63,728 bases of DNA, filler included, from Octopus bimaculoides (GCF_001194135.2; 7 parts of 7 records of this genome joined end to end with filler, not necessarily neighbours in it), one strand, 5' to 3'; counted from the whole stretch's first letter, positions 14,125 to 27,828 are shown. The notes: generated from the letters alone by a model not told the origin. A program made the numbers and translations.

Positions 14125-14690
14125 TTTAAGCTAAGATTTTCTCGTTTTTTTTCGATCTTTCGTACATTCATTCGCCATTAACACTTTAAATGTATTATTT
14201 ACTAACAGCTATTTTCATGAGCTAACCATTGAAAATGCCCCCTCAAAACAATTTTATCTCTCATGTAATTTTGTTAAGATAATGACTCGTTTCTCGGTCT
14301 GTTTAATTTCATTATTATTACCATTATTTTTGTCCCTTGTACCATGTCCCCAAACTAATCTCGCTTCCGGTTGCAGCTTATCTATTTAAAAATTCTTGAT
14401 TCATATGTTTCCCTTCCATTCCATTCCTTCGCCAAACAATAATGCATAGCTAAGCTAGGATTTTCTCGTTTTTTTTTTCGATCTTTCGTTCACTCATTCA
14501 CCATTAACACTTTAAATGTATTACTTACTAACAGCTAGTTTTCATGACCTAACCATTGAAAATGTCCCCTCAAAATATAATTTTATCTCTCATGCAATTT
14601 CGTCAAGATAATTACTCGTTTCTTGGTCTGTTTAGTTTCATTATTATTACCATTATTTTTGTCCCTCTTACTATGTCCCCAAACTAAACT
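14125..14690 (+). repeat. Local tandem duplication (about 240 bp homologous, period about 325 bp)
   Basis: aagcta.gattttctcgttttt...atgtccccaaactaa appears from about 14128 and again from about 14452. Confidence 0.85.
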
Positions 14691-14704
14691 TTGTTTGCAC
14701 TGTG

Positions 14705-14990
14705 CCTGTCCTTTCCCGCCCCCACCATCAATACCAGCCTTTTCCCACCCCCACCACCAATACTGGATATCTCTATCTTCCCACCATCTACACTGGCNNN
14801 NNNNNNNNNNNNNNNNNNNNNNNNNNNNNNNNNNNNNNNNNNNNNNNNNNNNNNNNNNNNNNNNCAATACTAGCCCTTTCCCGCTCCACCACCAATACCA
14901 GCCCTTTCCCACCACCACCACCAATACTGGCCCTTTCCCACCCCCACCACCAATACTGGATATCTCTATCTTCCCACCATCTACACTGGC
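14705..14990. repeat. C-rich minisatellite (unit of about 30 bp, ccctttcccaccaccaccaccaatactggc)
   Basis: Repeated units are directly visible around a short gap. Confidence 0.85.
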
Positions 14991-15499
14991 TATCTCTGTC
15001 TCCTCCCACCACCATTACCTGATGTCTCTTCTCCCAATCTCTCCTCATTGGGCTGTCCTCTATATATTACCTGCACTCTCTCTTTCTCTACTGGGACAAA
15101 TACCACCAGGTTATCTGCCCACCTACTAAACTGGCTATCTTTCATTTTGTTTTTGTTCTATCTAGAAACATGCCATCAACTACCTAGGAATTTTCTTTGG
15201 CCTTATCAAGTGAAGGAGAAAGCTATTTGGCTGTCCATGTGTGCTTGTTCTGTGTGTGGGTGCTATTTAGTGTATGTAGGGATGAGCTTGTTTCTTCTCT
15301 CTCTGTCTGAACTCCATCATACTTGCAATCCCCTCTTCCTGGACAAACGCAACCAGTTTTAGCTGACTCCCTCCTAATCTGACATTGGAATATCCAAATT
15401 TTGCTACACCACTTAAATTTACATTATTTGATGACCATAATGCTTATGCTTACAACGCTGCTAACACTTGCTCCTACCTCCAGGAGGGGCAACAATCTT

Positions 15500-17000
15500 A
15501 ACATGCTTGAATGTTGTCAGGTTGGAAGTAAGAACAGGTGAAGCATGCCTAAAAAATGAACACGACAACCTCCCTCTTCTTTTCAGGTGCTGAATAATAT
15601 CTCTCCTCTCCAAGCTTCACCCCACATTCCCTTCTCAGTTCTCAGAGCTGGCACTGTCAATGTAGCCACACTGAAAGGTAGGTCTAGTGAGATTGTAGAG
15701 ATGCTTGAAAGGAAACGGGTTGATGTATGCTGCATACAAGAGGTAAGATGGAGAGGAGCTTCAGTTAGGGTTCTCACAGGCAAGGCACATAGGTATAAAG
15801 TCTTCTAGCAAGGTAACATGGATGGAGTAAGGAGTGTAGGCATACTCCTTGCGGAGAAATGGGTGGATAAGGTCATAGAGGTTGTCAGGGTATGTGATAG
15901 AGTGCTTAAGCTCAGGCTAGTCCTGCAGAACAGCACAGCTACAATTATCTCTGCCTACGCCCCACAAGTGGGGCTACCAGATGATCAGAAGGACCATCTT
16001 TGTGGCTAGAGATTTTAATGGGCATGCTGGGTGGAAATCTGGTATCTTCACTGGTGTACACGGGGGCCATGGTATTGATTCCCGGAATGATGAGGGAACT
16101 AGGCTACTGGAGTTCTGTGATGCATGTAACTTTTTAATCGCAACATTACGTTCAGGAAGCCAGACAGCCACCTGATAACCTATCAATCAGGAGACTCTGC
16201 TAGTCAAATTGATTTCAACCTCACCAGACAGTGGGATGCAGGGTTCCTCTTAAATACAAAGACCCTCTCAGGTGAGGAATGAACCCCCCAGCATAGACTA
16301 GTCATTAGTGACTTTCGACTCGAGACTAGATGGATGCTAAAAAGCAGACCAATCCAGAAGAGAAGGATTTGGAAGCTAAAGAACCCTTCACTTGGTCAGA
16401 GATTTAGGGACATCCTCATCAAGAAATTTGAGAGGGAGGAGGAACTACAGTCCTCAGACATAGAAGGTAGCTGGAAATTCTTACGGGACAGCTTACTGAG
16501 TGTCACAGACCAAGTCTGTAGATGGTGCAAAGTCCCTTCCAGACTTAGGGTAACGTGTTGGTGGAATAATACGGTAGACAAAGCCATCAGAGCAAAGAAA
16601 CAGGCCTGGAAGGGTGGGGGTAGCAGTGAAACATGGACCATGACTGCTGAAGATATGTGTAGGCTTGAAAGAAATGAAGCTAACATGATCCACTGGATGT
16701 GTAATGTCAGTGTGAACACACGACAGAGTGTAAGCACCCTGAGAGAAATGTTAGACATAAGAAGCATCAGATGTGGAGTGCAAGAGAGGCGTTTGCATTG
16801 GTATGGTCACGTACTGCAGATGGATGAGGAGAGCTGTGTGAAGAAGCGCCTTTCCCAAACAGTGAAAGGAATCTGGGGTAGAGGGAGACCCAGGAAGATA
16901 TGGGATGAGGTGGTGAAGCATGACCTTCGAACATTGGGCCTCACAGAGGCAATGACAAAAGACTGAGACCTCTGGAGGTAGGCTGTGACTGAGAAGACAC
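15500..17000 (+). mobile_element. Internally deleted RTE LINE (APE endonuclease plus 3' end, RT missing)
   Basis: GTVNVATLKGR...VDVCCIQEVRW, IISAYAPQ and RDFNGH are APE motifs. Near 16625 the frame jumps directly to the C-terminal SETWTMT...RRLHWYGHV region. Confidence 0.9.
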
Positions 17001-17435
17001 AGCAAATAAAGTGAGTTCACAGATGTAACCTACACCAGTTTTGCATAACCAGCCCACTCAAAAGTACCTTGGATTGTAAAGGAGACCTATTGAGTCAAGT
17101 ACCTCAACATCAAATCAAATGGAAATTATAGCTGTGAGTCCCGTGCTGGTAGCACGTAAAAAGCACCATCCGAATGTGACTGATGCCAGTACCGCTTTGA
17201 CAGGCTTCCGTGTCAGTGGCACGTAAAAAGCACCATCTGATCGTAGTTGATGCCAGCTCCTCTGGCCCCTGTGCCGGTGGCATGTATAAAGCACCCACTA
17301 CACTCTCAGAAGGGCATCCAGCTGTAGAAACACTGCCAGATCAGATTGGGGCTTAGTGCAGCCTCCTGGCTTCCCAAACCCCAGTCGAAGCGTCCAACCC
17401 ATGCCAGTATGGAAAACAGAGGTTAAACGATGATG
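17000..17435 (+). mobile_element. RTE-associated 3' tail with repeated gtgc(c/t)ggtggcacgtaaaaagcacc units and (GAT)n end
   Basis: Tail motifs are shared with 24760-25170 and 32930-33610. Confidence 0.7.
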
Positions 17436-18560
17436 ATGACAACTTCAGAATATATATTTCTAGTTAGTTTCTGTATATCATAATGGTCCCTACATCCTGG
17501 ATTTGAATTGTAATTGAGGACCTCATTTTGGTCAGCATAAATTCTTATCTTGTCTGGGTCTCCAATCCTGCTTATAGCAACATATAATTGACCGTAAGTG
17601 AAAACTGGATTTGGTAAGTAAATGCCACATTTTGACAGACTCTGTCCTTGGCTTTTGTTTATGGATATTGCAAAAGCTGGTCTTATTGGAAATTGGCTTC
17701 TTTGTAATGTGAAGGGTAAGTCAGAATCAGAAGGCATTAAACTGAGGAAACAACAATTTGTCCCACATCAACTCCACTCAATTTTTTTGCAGTTATTAGA
17801 TTGTTATTTGCAGTTACAATTTTATACCTTGTGCCGTTACAATGACCGTTTTTGCGATCAAAATTTCTGAGTAACATTATTGGTGCTCCAATTCTTAATT
17901 TAATCTTATGCAGAGGTAGACCACTGATATTTATTGAATTTAAAAACTCTGGTTGCTATAATGTTCTCTCAGGATGCGCGATGCTGTTCAGCATTTTGAT
18001 GTAAAATTTCTCCTTTCCTGTGATACATGTTTTCTTGCTACTTTATGTTGTTGGGAGTCTTGTAGTAAAATTTCGGAGCATCGTGCTTGGCTCAAAATAG
18101 CTTGCGCTTCTCTCCATCATACAGCATTTTGTTTCTTACAGCTTCTCATTGGTCACTGCTCAATCTTCTTCGCCTCTCCTGTTGACAAAGTCTGGCTGCT
18201 TCTCTTCTCTGGCTAGCAATATCAATACTCATAATGGGGTTTTAATAGTTACAAAAAAATAAGAAAATGTGTGTTTAAGCAGTGACTTCAAATTTATCAA
18301 AATAAGAGCATAGCACATTTATGGGGTTTTCAGTGCACATAATTATTTTGAAACACCATTATTCATATCCATTATTATAGTATGGATTTTAATGAGCAAA
18401 TATTTATTAAAACATACAGGTAATAATAAATTTAAATAGAATTACCTTCTAACTTTTAAACATTGATATCCACGAACCTTTAAAGCTTTTATATCTGTGA
18501 ACTTCAAACATTTTTATTACCTATCAACCTATTACAAAAAATTAAACCTCTTTGTACTCC
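17435..18560 (-). mobile_element. Helitron RepHel fragment (PIF1-type helicase C-terminal half), degraded
   Basis: [20 protein letters not shown]...[12 protein letters not shown] are PIF1 helicase motifs V/VI, preceded by a GAPIMLLRN...GHCNGTR-type segment. Confidence 0.9.
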
Positions 18561-19313
18561 TACCTTTATTGAATTTTAAATAATTATTTTATTTTATTCT
18601 CTCATCTTCCTTCCTATCCTACTAATGCTGTCATTAAGATCCAACCATGTTGCCTGAGATACACTAACACAGGAGGGTATCATTTGAAGGAGATTTGGTT
18701 GCTATTGGTCGCAAGTTGAGCAACTGCACAGATGTTTTGTTGGAGTATCAATTGCTTAAAGAGCAACAGATAAGAGAAAAGAGTCCCCAATGTTGCCCAC
18801 AGTTAGAATACTGCAATCTGAGTCTATGTATCTATGTACCAACTTTTCTTTTCATCTATGTATCTACTTTTTTTTTTATCTTTGTATCTATATTTCTTTA
18901 GATGCATGTATCAGTCTACTCTGAAAATACTGAGAAACATTTTTCCTCTCTTGCTTTCAGTCACCACTCACTCACTCAGTCTCTCTCTCTTACACTCTTT
19001 CTCTTTCTCTCCCATTTAAATAGAATTATTTAATCTTAGTATATGTGATACCATTGTTTCAAATTAATTGCTTGAATTTCTTCCTATGTAATTAACTACT
19101 TGAATTTCTTTCTATCTTAATACTGAAGAAAAATATGACAGAGACATGGCACTTATAGTATAGATTTAGTTGCCATAATCACCTCCAAGCAGAATAGGTA
19201 TACTACATCGCCTCCTTTGGTCACCTTCGTCTTCTCCCCCTCCCCCACTGAACCACTTCCGTTTCTCATTAGCCTCTCTGTCTACTGTTTCCACTAATCA
19301 CCTCCTTTCTGTG

Positions 19314-19915
19314 GACCCCTACCTCTACCCGGAATTCATTGCTGTACTCATTTCCAACCCTCACCTTACTGGCAGCATCTCTGTACATGGCTCGCACAGC
19401 TCTCACTAACCATTCTTCTATCCCAAGTTTCCTCATTGACCACCAGATAAGGGATCGGGGGACCCTGTCAAAGGCTTTCTCCATGTCAGCGAAAGCCAGG
19501 TACAGAGGTTTATCCTTAGCTAGGTATTTCTCCTGCAGCTGTCTCACTAGAAATAAGGCATCAGTAGTGCTTTTACCTGGCACGAACCCAATCTGCATCT
19601 CATCTAAATTGATTTGCTCCCTAATTAGTTGGGCTATGACCCTCTCTGTAACTTTCATAACCTGATCTAACAGCTTGATGCCTCTGTAATTATTTGTATC
19701 TAAAGCGTCACCTTTACCTTTGTAGCAGTTGACTATGATGCTGCTACACCAGTCATTGGGTATGACTCCTTCGTGTATCACCTGGTTCGTAATACGGGTG
19801 ACTAGGCTATAGCCAACACTGCCAGATATTTTGAGCATCTCTGCAGTGATTCCTGATGGGCCGGGGGCTTTCCCGGTCTTCATACACTTAATTGCTTTAT
19901 CTACCCTGGTACTAG
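19314..19915 (-). mobile_element. RTE RT fragment (N-terminal part, ends at GVH)
   Basis: ORF 19269-19919: KAPGPSG...QIGFVPGKSTTDA...DMEKAFDRVPR...EFRVEVGVH. Confidence 0.92.
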
Positions 19916-19934
19916 CCACACAGCTACATCTCTT

Positions 19935-20550
19935 CCCTTATCATCATCATCCATCATCATCATTTAACATCAATTTTCCATGTTGCCATGAGTTGGATGG
20001 TTTGACAAGAGCTGACAAATCAGAGGACTATATCATGCTCTATTGTCTGCTTTGCTATGATCGCTTTGGTTGGATGCCTCCCAAGTACCAACCATTTTAC
20101 AAAGTATACTGGGTGTTTCTCTCATGGTACCAGCACTGGCAGTATCACAAAGTAAGACAAGACAAAGTATTGAGGGAGGTAGTTTTGTGCAGGCTGATGA
20201 AAGGTTAAAAAGAATAATAGAGTGATAGAGATAAGTAGAAGAGATAGAAGGATACCCCAATTGGAAAAGAAAGGAAAGAATGAGAGATGGTGGTGGAGAT
20301 GTGACAGAACATACCCTCAAGGTACAATAGGAGGTGAATATAGGAGAACTAATACAGATGACTGGATTAAGTTTCATAAGAATGTAGGGAGAAATGGTCA
20401 GAGATGGGATAGAGGTGACTGTAGCAAGTGATGGTGAAAGATACAGAAGTGGCTCAAGGAAGGGGGAAAGTTATGGTAGATATGTGAGGACATTAAGAGT
20501 TATGGTGTATAAGAGCAATGGTTGAAGGCACAGAAAGGAGGTGATTAGTG
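19935..20550. mobile_element. SINE/RTE-tail copy followed by GA-rich sequence
   Basis: It starts with catcatcatcatttaacatcaattttccatg and continues into purine-rich low-complexity sequence. Confidence 0.55.
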
Positions 20551-20575
20551 CCTCCCAAGTACCAACCATTTTACA

Positions 20576-20900
20576 TCTCCAGGCAATCACAGAGGAATTC
20601 AAGACAGGTTGCCCCTGGGAGCTCCTCTATGCTGATGACCTTGCACTAATTGCGGAGTCACTTTCAGAACTAGAGGAGAAGTTTCAGGTGTGGAAGCAAG
20701 GTCTAGAATTGAAGGGCCTTAGAGTCAACCTAGCTAAAACCAAAATCCTAATAAGTAGGAAGGTAGATAAAACACAAACCCCTTCAGGTAGATGGCCCTG
20801 CTCAGTATGTAGAAAAGGAGTAGGTAGTAACTCTATAAGATGTACCCGGTGCAAGCTATGGACACATAAGAGGTGCAGCAACATCAAAGGCAGGTTAACT
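20576..20900 (+). mobile_element. RTE RT fragment (C-terminal part with YADD)
   Basis: LQAITEEFKTGCPWELLYADDLALIAES...LRVNLAKTK...WPCSVCRKGVG. Confidence 0.92.
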
Positions 20901-21000
20901 NNNNNNNNNNNNNNNNNNNNNNNNNNNNNNNNNNNNNNNNNNNNTTAATTAATTAANNNNNNNNNNNNNNNNNNNNNNNNNNNNNNNNNNNNNNNNNNNN
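20901..21000. other. Artificial scaffold spacer (44 N + TTAATTAATTAA + 44 N); also at 32134-32233, 52524-52623, 54551-54650, 58212-58311 and 62405-62504
   Basis: The identical 100-bp construct occurs six times. The 12-mer carries stop codons in all six frames. Confidence 0.92.
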
Positions 21001-21564
21001 ATTTTTTTCGGTTTTTGTAATTGTGAAATTTTTTCGCCATGAACGGTTTGTATTTTTAAACCGAATGTAGTTTTCTGGTGTTTTTTCCTGAAGATGTGTA
21101 AAAGAATTTTGATTTATTAAGTCTCTTAATGAATTCTTTATACTGAAATATATATTGAAGAAGATAAATATGTTCATTTAATTATATACGTTTTTGCGTC
21201 GTAACTCCTTTATTATTATTAATATATATATATATATATATTATTTTATTTTCAATTTATTTACATATAAGTATTTCCTCTTACATAATGTTTATTTTCT
21301 TAACAATTCCTTTATCCCCTTAACCATGTTTCAGAACATATTTACTTCTGGTTTCTCTAACGAGATTAAAGTGGCATAGTTTGTTATTGTATTACCTGTT
21401 TTGATCATGTGATTGTGGCCATGCTGGAGCACCACCTTTAGTCAAAGAAATCTACCCCAGGATTTATTCTTTGTAAGCCTAGTACTTATTCTATTGGTTT
21501 GTTTTGCCAAACGACTAAGTTAAGGGGATATAAATACAGTTCTCAAGCAATGGTATGGATAGAA

Positions 21565-21597
<33 letters not shown>

Positions 21598-22526
21598 AAA
21601 GATAAGGAGACTATGACATCTCTGACAGCTGGTTCAATTCAGTAATCTTTAGATAATTAATTTATAAAATTAAGATTATTATAAAATGAATCTCTTCAGA
21701 GTTAAAGATATACCGATTAGAAATACATGTTGAGATAATAGCTATAAACTGTTAACTGATAGCATGTATACAAAAAGAGCCGGTTATAGAAGGCCTCAAT
21801 CCAACATGGGGGGGGGGGGGGTGTAGTGTATATTTTGTATCTTAATGAAAGGAAAGAAGAGATTAATATAATATCATAGGGTATTGAGAAGGAGAAAAAG
21901 AAAAGGAAGAAGAGAAACGCATGTATATATAAATATATAATAATGCCATATAATATCATACTTATCTATAGTTATGCGATACAAAAAATTTAAAGTTATA
22001 AAATTTAAGTCAAGTAGAAGCAAACAGTGGCAATTATATATTAACTGAATTTATCAGAAAGGGATAAATAATTTCTAAATTTTTCTCATGTCTTATTCAT
22101 AAGTGCTTTTAATGTCTATTAGCTTCTCTTAACTTTACTTGGTGTCCCCTGTTTTTATTCTGTTGCAATACTTCACTCGTCTTTTCACCTCCCCAACCTC
22201 TCCTACTAACGGTGTTACCCTGTTCTCTTTCTGTACTAGAATATATATAATACATATATACATATATATACACACACACATATATATGAGATTATATAAA
22301 TGACAAGGGAACAAGAAATTATATGGTAAACATCATAATCACATAATTCTTGTTCCCTCGTCAGTTAAATCTCTTATGCTCTGTACTCAACTAATGTTTT
22401 TTTTTTAGCATATGTATATCAAGTTCTAACACCAAATTATTATTATTAGTATCACTATGCCTAAACAAAATATTAGGATATATATATATATATATACACG
22501 CACACACACACACATACACACATATA

Positions 22527-22689
22527 GGCGTAGGAGTGGCTGTGTGGTAAGTAGCTTGCTTACCAACCACATGGTTCCAGGTTCAGTCCCACTGCGTGGT
22601 ACCTTGTGCAAGTGTCTTCTACTATAGCCTCGGGCTGACCAAAGCCTTGTGAGTGGATTTGGTAGACGGAAACTGAAAGAAGCCCGTCG
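22527..22689 (+). mobile_element. tRNA-headed SINE (5' part); related copies near 25965, 28126, 36417 and 43196 (+) and 51590-51758 and 57260-57400 (-)
   Basis: A-box-like TGGCTGTGTGG and B-box-like GGTTCAGTCCC, followed by the conserved body ...gtggatttggtagacggaaactgaaagaagc. Confidence 0.85.
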
Positions 22690-22692
22690 TAC

Positions 22693-22727
<35 letters not shown>

Positions 22728-23560
22728 NNNNNNNNNNNNNNNNNNNNNNNNNNNNNNNNNNNNNNNNNNNNNNNNNNNNNNNNNNNNNNNNNNNNNNNNN
22801 NNNNNNNNNNNNNNNNNNNNNNNNNNNNNNNNNNNNNNNNNNNNNNNNNNNNNNNNNNNNNNNNNNNNNNNNNNNNNNNNNNNNNNNNNNNNNNNNNNNN
22901 NNNNNNNNNNNNNNNNNNNNNNNNNNNNNNNNNNNNNNNNNNNNNNNNNNNNNNNNNNNNNNNNNNNNNNNNNNNNNNNNNNNNNNNNNNNNNNNNNNNN
23001 NNNNNNNNNNNNNNNNNNNNNNNNNNNNNNNNNNNNNNNNNNNNNNNNNNNNNNNNNNNNNNNNNNNNNNNNNNNNNNNNNNNNNNNNNNNNNNNNNNNN
23101 NNNNNNNNNNNNNNNNNNNNNNNNNNNNNNNNNNNNNNNNNNNNNNNNNNNNNNNNNNNNNNNNNNNNNNNNNNNNNNNNNNNNNNNNNNNNNNNNNTTG
23201 GTTGGCGTTAGGAAGGGCATCCAGCTGTAGAAACTCTGCCAAATTTAGATTGGAGCCTGGTGTTGCCATCCGGTTTCACCAGTCCTCAGTCAAATCGTCC
23301 AACCCATGCTAGCATGGAAAGCGGACATTAAACGATGATGATGATGATGATGATATATATATATATATATATACATATATATATACATCTATATATATTG
23401 GTGTTTCAATCTAATCCAAAGATGGAAATTGTGTCTATTTCAAGAGAAGTAATTAGTTGCATAAGTGAAGTGAAATAGAGTCAACTAGAATTTGGATATG
23501 AGTTGCAGTGTTTGTCAGTAACATCTTGTAATTCTCACCAATAATTGTGAGGTACTTTAA

Positions 23561-23732
23561 CCATTTTGATACCAAACTGTTTGAGATCACCCCTGGCTCT
23601 ATACAAACTTCCTATTTTAAAGTGATCTGAATTTAAACCTTCTATCAGAATTTCATATTATTTCAAACATAAAAATTTCAAAATTAACCGAAATGAAAGA
23701 AGTGTTTCAGCAGAAATATGGGAAGAAAAGGG
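23561..23732. mobile_element. Non-autonomous TTAA-flanked (piggyBac-like) MITE
   Basis: TTAA|ccattttg...aaaaggg|TTAA. Related sequence lies at 34480-34687 and 47055-47215. Confidence 0.6.
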
Positions 23733-24759
23733 TTAAATCTCTTATAAGTATGTAGCATTTACTTAGTGATATTCTGTGCTTTGGAAGGATTTTTTTCAAA
23801 ATTAATGGTTAGCAATGAACCAGATTAGTAGTTTCTACGATGTATTTAAACAATTATGTCATGAAATGTTTCATTAAATTTCATTTGCTCATCATCATTT
23901 CCTGTGGTTTTTTTCATTACATTCTGATAAATATGTGTTAGTTCTGTGATAGTATGATTACTGATAATTCTGCAACATGGTAACACTTTATAACTAAAGT
24001 GATTGCTCAAATGTTCCATTGTCCAAATATATATTCAGCAGCTTTTGTAAAGAACTCTATCTGAAAAGAAGCATGACAGTTAAGAGACAGGGATTATGGT
24101 TTTGATAAATTTTATTGCATCATTGTTCCAGTTTCTGGTATAATTCTACCAAACTTGATTTTACTTTTCAGTATTGTTGTAATAAACATTGTAAATATAC
24201 CAGACTTAATTGAATCTATTATAATCTTAATGGAATCTATTTTATTATATATTAGACTTAATTGATGCTATTATACACTTGGTAATCTTTTGTTTAAAAT
24301 GTTTGGATCCAGAAGTGTTTTGAAAATTTTCCTGATTTTTGACATTTATCATCATTTTAAGGTTTATTTTTCCATGGTTGCATGGGCCAGATAGAATTTT
24401 TTGAAGCAGACTTTCTACAGCCAGATACCCTTCCTGTTTCCCAGCAAGGTAACTCCTCATGGCCAAACAGGTTTTCATGGAATATTGGAAACAACGACAT
24501 TGCTTGTACAATAGTAACACCCATTTACAACTATAAAGCAATATCAAAACACAAGCACCCCTACTTTATGTATGTATGTGTTTCTTTTCATTTTCCATCA
24601 TCAAAATTCACTCACAAGGCTTTCATCAGCCAGGGGCTAAAATAGAAGACATTTACTCAAGATGTCACACAGTAGAACTGAACTGGGACTACATGGTTGG
24701 GAAGCTAGCAATATTAACATTTATAAAATGGGACAGCTTGGAGATGGGATTCAAGTCTA

Positions 24760-25170
24760 AACATGTTATCCATTTACATTTCAAGAAGCAATGGCAAGTG
24801 ACCAAGACCTTTGGTGATATGCCATGCTTGAGAAGACCAGTCAAGCCAAGTGAAATTGTAGTCATGGTCAATGCTGGTGTCATGTGCCAGTAGCACGTAA
24901 AAGCACCTTTTAAACACTGGGCCTCACGGAGGCAATGATAAGTGACCAAGACCTTTGGCAATATACCATGCTTGAGAAGACCCATCAAGTCATATGAAAT
25001 TGTAGTCATGGCCGATACTGGTGTCATGTAAGTGGCACCCATGTCAGTGGCATGTAAAAAGCATCCATTACAGTCTTGGAGTGTTTGGCATAAGGAAGAG
25101 CATCCAGCCATCAGATTCGAACCTGGTGTAGCCTTCCAGCTTACCAGTTCCAGTCAAACCATCTAACCCA
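24760..25170 (+). mobile_element. RTE 3' tail fragment with an internal duplication
   Basis: aagtgaccaagacctttgg...ccatgcttgagaagacc occurs twice, followed by the shared tail. Confidence 0.7.
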
Positions 25171-26417
25171 TGCCTGCATGAAAAGCAAATACTACATGTA
25201 CCTTGAACACTTGATATAAGTTCAGTTTCACTTCAGGAAAGTTTCGCCTTTCACTAAAACAAATCTGTTTGTTACACTTCTGCTTTTTATTTTTCCTTTC
25301 AATAGAAGCACACAAAGCACTAAAGGTCAAAATAAGTATCTGTACATTTATTTTAAACATGCCCCTACATTCTAAAGCATTCAAGGCATTTTCTGCAGAA
25401 CTCAGTCTCAAAGAAATTTTATAGAGACAAAATTTTTTCTCCATGACTGAGTCCTGCAGTGAATGTCTTTCATGTACTATATAGGAGTGTGTTAAAAAAT
25501 GTATCTCTATCTATATATCTACTGTTTCATTTTATTCCCACAAACAGCTACTATTTTCTATCTGATCATATGCATTCCAGCCATGAATATGCTGCTTTTT
25601 TCTAAGGCATCCATAACTATATAACTATCTAATGTAGCTTTCCTTTTTCAAAGCAATAGGTTGTGATTTAAGAAATTTGGTTGCTATTTTTAGCTGACCA
25701 GGCAATTGCATTGTGTCCCCTTCAATAGATTGTAGATACCTGCTGCTGGTGGTTGTTGCTAACATATTTCAGACTTCATACCCTTCAACAGTATGGTTCC
25801 AGTTTTAGTGAGAGATCAAATATAACTTGGAACTGGTGGTATTGGGAGGCTTAAATTATTAAAAACTGGGTTAAAAAAAAAGAAAAAAATTGTAAATAAT
25901 ACTGTTTAAACACTTGTTATGAAATATTTAATTCTAGTGTAAGAATTTTTTCCCCACAAGCTGACATGGCTGTATGGTTAAAAAGTTCACTTACTAAATA
26001 CACAGTTTGAGGTTTGACCTCTTTGTATGGCACCTTGGGCAAGTGTCTTCAGCTCAATGAGCAGACCAAAAACATTGTGAGTGGATTTAGAAGACAGAAA
26101 CTGAAAGAAGTCTACTATGTGTGTGTGTGTGTGAAAAGAACTTTTTAAGCACACAACAACTGTACCTGCACCTATTTCTTTGCATTTTGAGTTCAAATCC
26201 TACTGAAACTCAGCTTTTGATTTTCATTCTGCAAGAGTTGATAAAATAAATATCAGTGATGCAATGAAGTCAATTTAACTGACTGTCCTTCAATAAATAA
26301 ATAATTTTTTTTAAATGTGGCCTTGTGCCAATTTTAGAATTCAAAATTATTGTATCTTATGTGTAACGAAGATAATTATTTTGTATGTGTAACACAAATT
26401 CTTTTGTATCTGTCTGC

Positions 26418-26463
<46 letters not shown>

Positions 26464-27299
26464 ACGCATGCACGTGCATGCGTGCACATGTGTATGAATA
26501 AAAGGGATGGAAGAGATAAAAGCACATTAAGTGCATCTCACATAATATTGCAAATGTCTTTTCATCAAGTACAAATGAATTATTTAATTGAAAATAGTTG
26601 CTGTAATGGAGAAGATGACCAGCAGAAAAAAACTTTTTAGAAACAGAAGTGGAGATTGGAGTTGGTAATGAACTAATGGCATACCCTACTCACCAATTAC
26701 CTTAGCGAGATAGATAAGAATGTGGTTTCATTTTGTTATCAGCATACTCAAATTATTTTAGAGGTTGCAGTAGATTATAATCTCATTAATATATATGTGT
26801 GGCATCAAGAAGAGACAGTTGGTGTGCCGAAAGCTGGGATGATTATTGCTTAGCATAGAGAAATATATGAGTAATAAAATTCCAATTTCCACTCTCATGT
26901 TTTTTTATTCTTTCTACCTGCTTGGCTTTCTGTTGCATTCTCCATTATAGCAGACTATTTCCAACTAAACATTCATACTTAGTGAAAAAATATGCCAGAA
27001 TGCTACAAACATTTGTAATGTTACATAAGATGCACTATCTCCTCCATCCCTTTTATTTACAGATTTGATTATCACATTATAAGCAACATCTGTTGCTTTT
27101 AAAATGGAGTTGTATAGCACTTGTAATCAGAATTTTTTGTCTAATCTCGATGTGTGATTAACTGTATTTGATGCATTGATTAATAAATGTTATTGATCAA
27201 CTATTGAGTCGTTTGTATTTTTTGTACAAGTTATATTTATGCTGAACTAATCAACTGTGCTTCATCATGATCACTTGACTGGTCCTACTACAATATATA

Positions 27300-27332
<33 letters not shown>

Positions 27333-27828
27333 ATATATGTATGGGAGAATGTACAAAAAACAACAACAGACGAGGACAGGTGGTGTAAACAACAAAAGGA
27401 TGTATTAGTATGACGCTCAGGAATACGGAAAGTCTATATAGCCATTCAAGTGACAAGTCATCTATACAGCTAAGCATTCAAGTGACTTCTCACTTGAATG
27501 GCTATATATACATATATGAGAAATTATTTTAAACACAAGTTTATATTATTTCATTCCTATGTGTCTGTCACCATTGTGGTAGTTTGGAACTCTGCATTGA
27601 ATGTTCCAAGTGCAATTGAATGCTCAGCCACAACAGATCATCAGAGGATACTTTACAACATTATGTTACAGAGAACTAATGTCTAGAGTTGGGAAGATGG
27701 CAAGATATTTATAAGTATTCTGAGAGAGAAATAGAAAGAAAGCAACTTGCAGAGAAAGATAAAGAGGCACTAAGAAACAAGAAAAGAAGGAGATAGAAAA
27801 GATAGAGAATAAATAGAAAAAATAGAAA

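Noticed and set aside
17000-17435. CRISPR-like array of repeated gtggcacgtaaaaagcacc units
   Set aside because: This is eukaryotic context with irregular spacing and no cas genes. The units are internal repeats of the RTE 3' tail found at several loci.
20945-20956. Recurrent TTAATTAATTAA motif (six copies) as a biological repeat
   Set aside because: It is always centred in exactly 44+44 N and carries stops in all six frames. It is an artificial joining linker, so adjacency across these points should not be trusted.
24007-24060. Possible minus-strand exon after cttcttttcag (IEFFTKAAEYIFGQWNI*)
   Set aside because: Only 17 codons, with no partner exon or homology. It could easily arise by chance.
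26459-26488. 30-bp perfect purine-pyrimidine palindrome at the end of a (TG)n tract
   Set aside because: Typical decay product of TG/CA microsatellites; similar tracts occur near 54310-54380.
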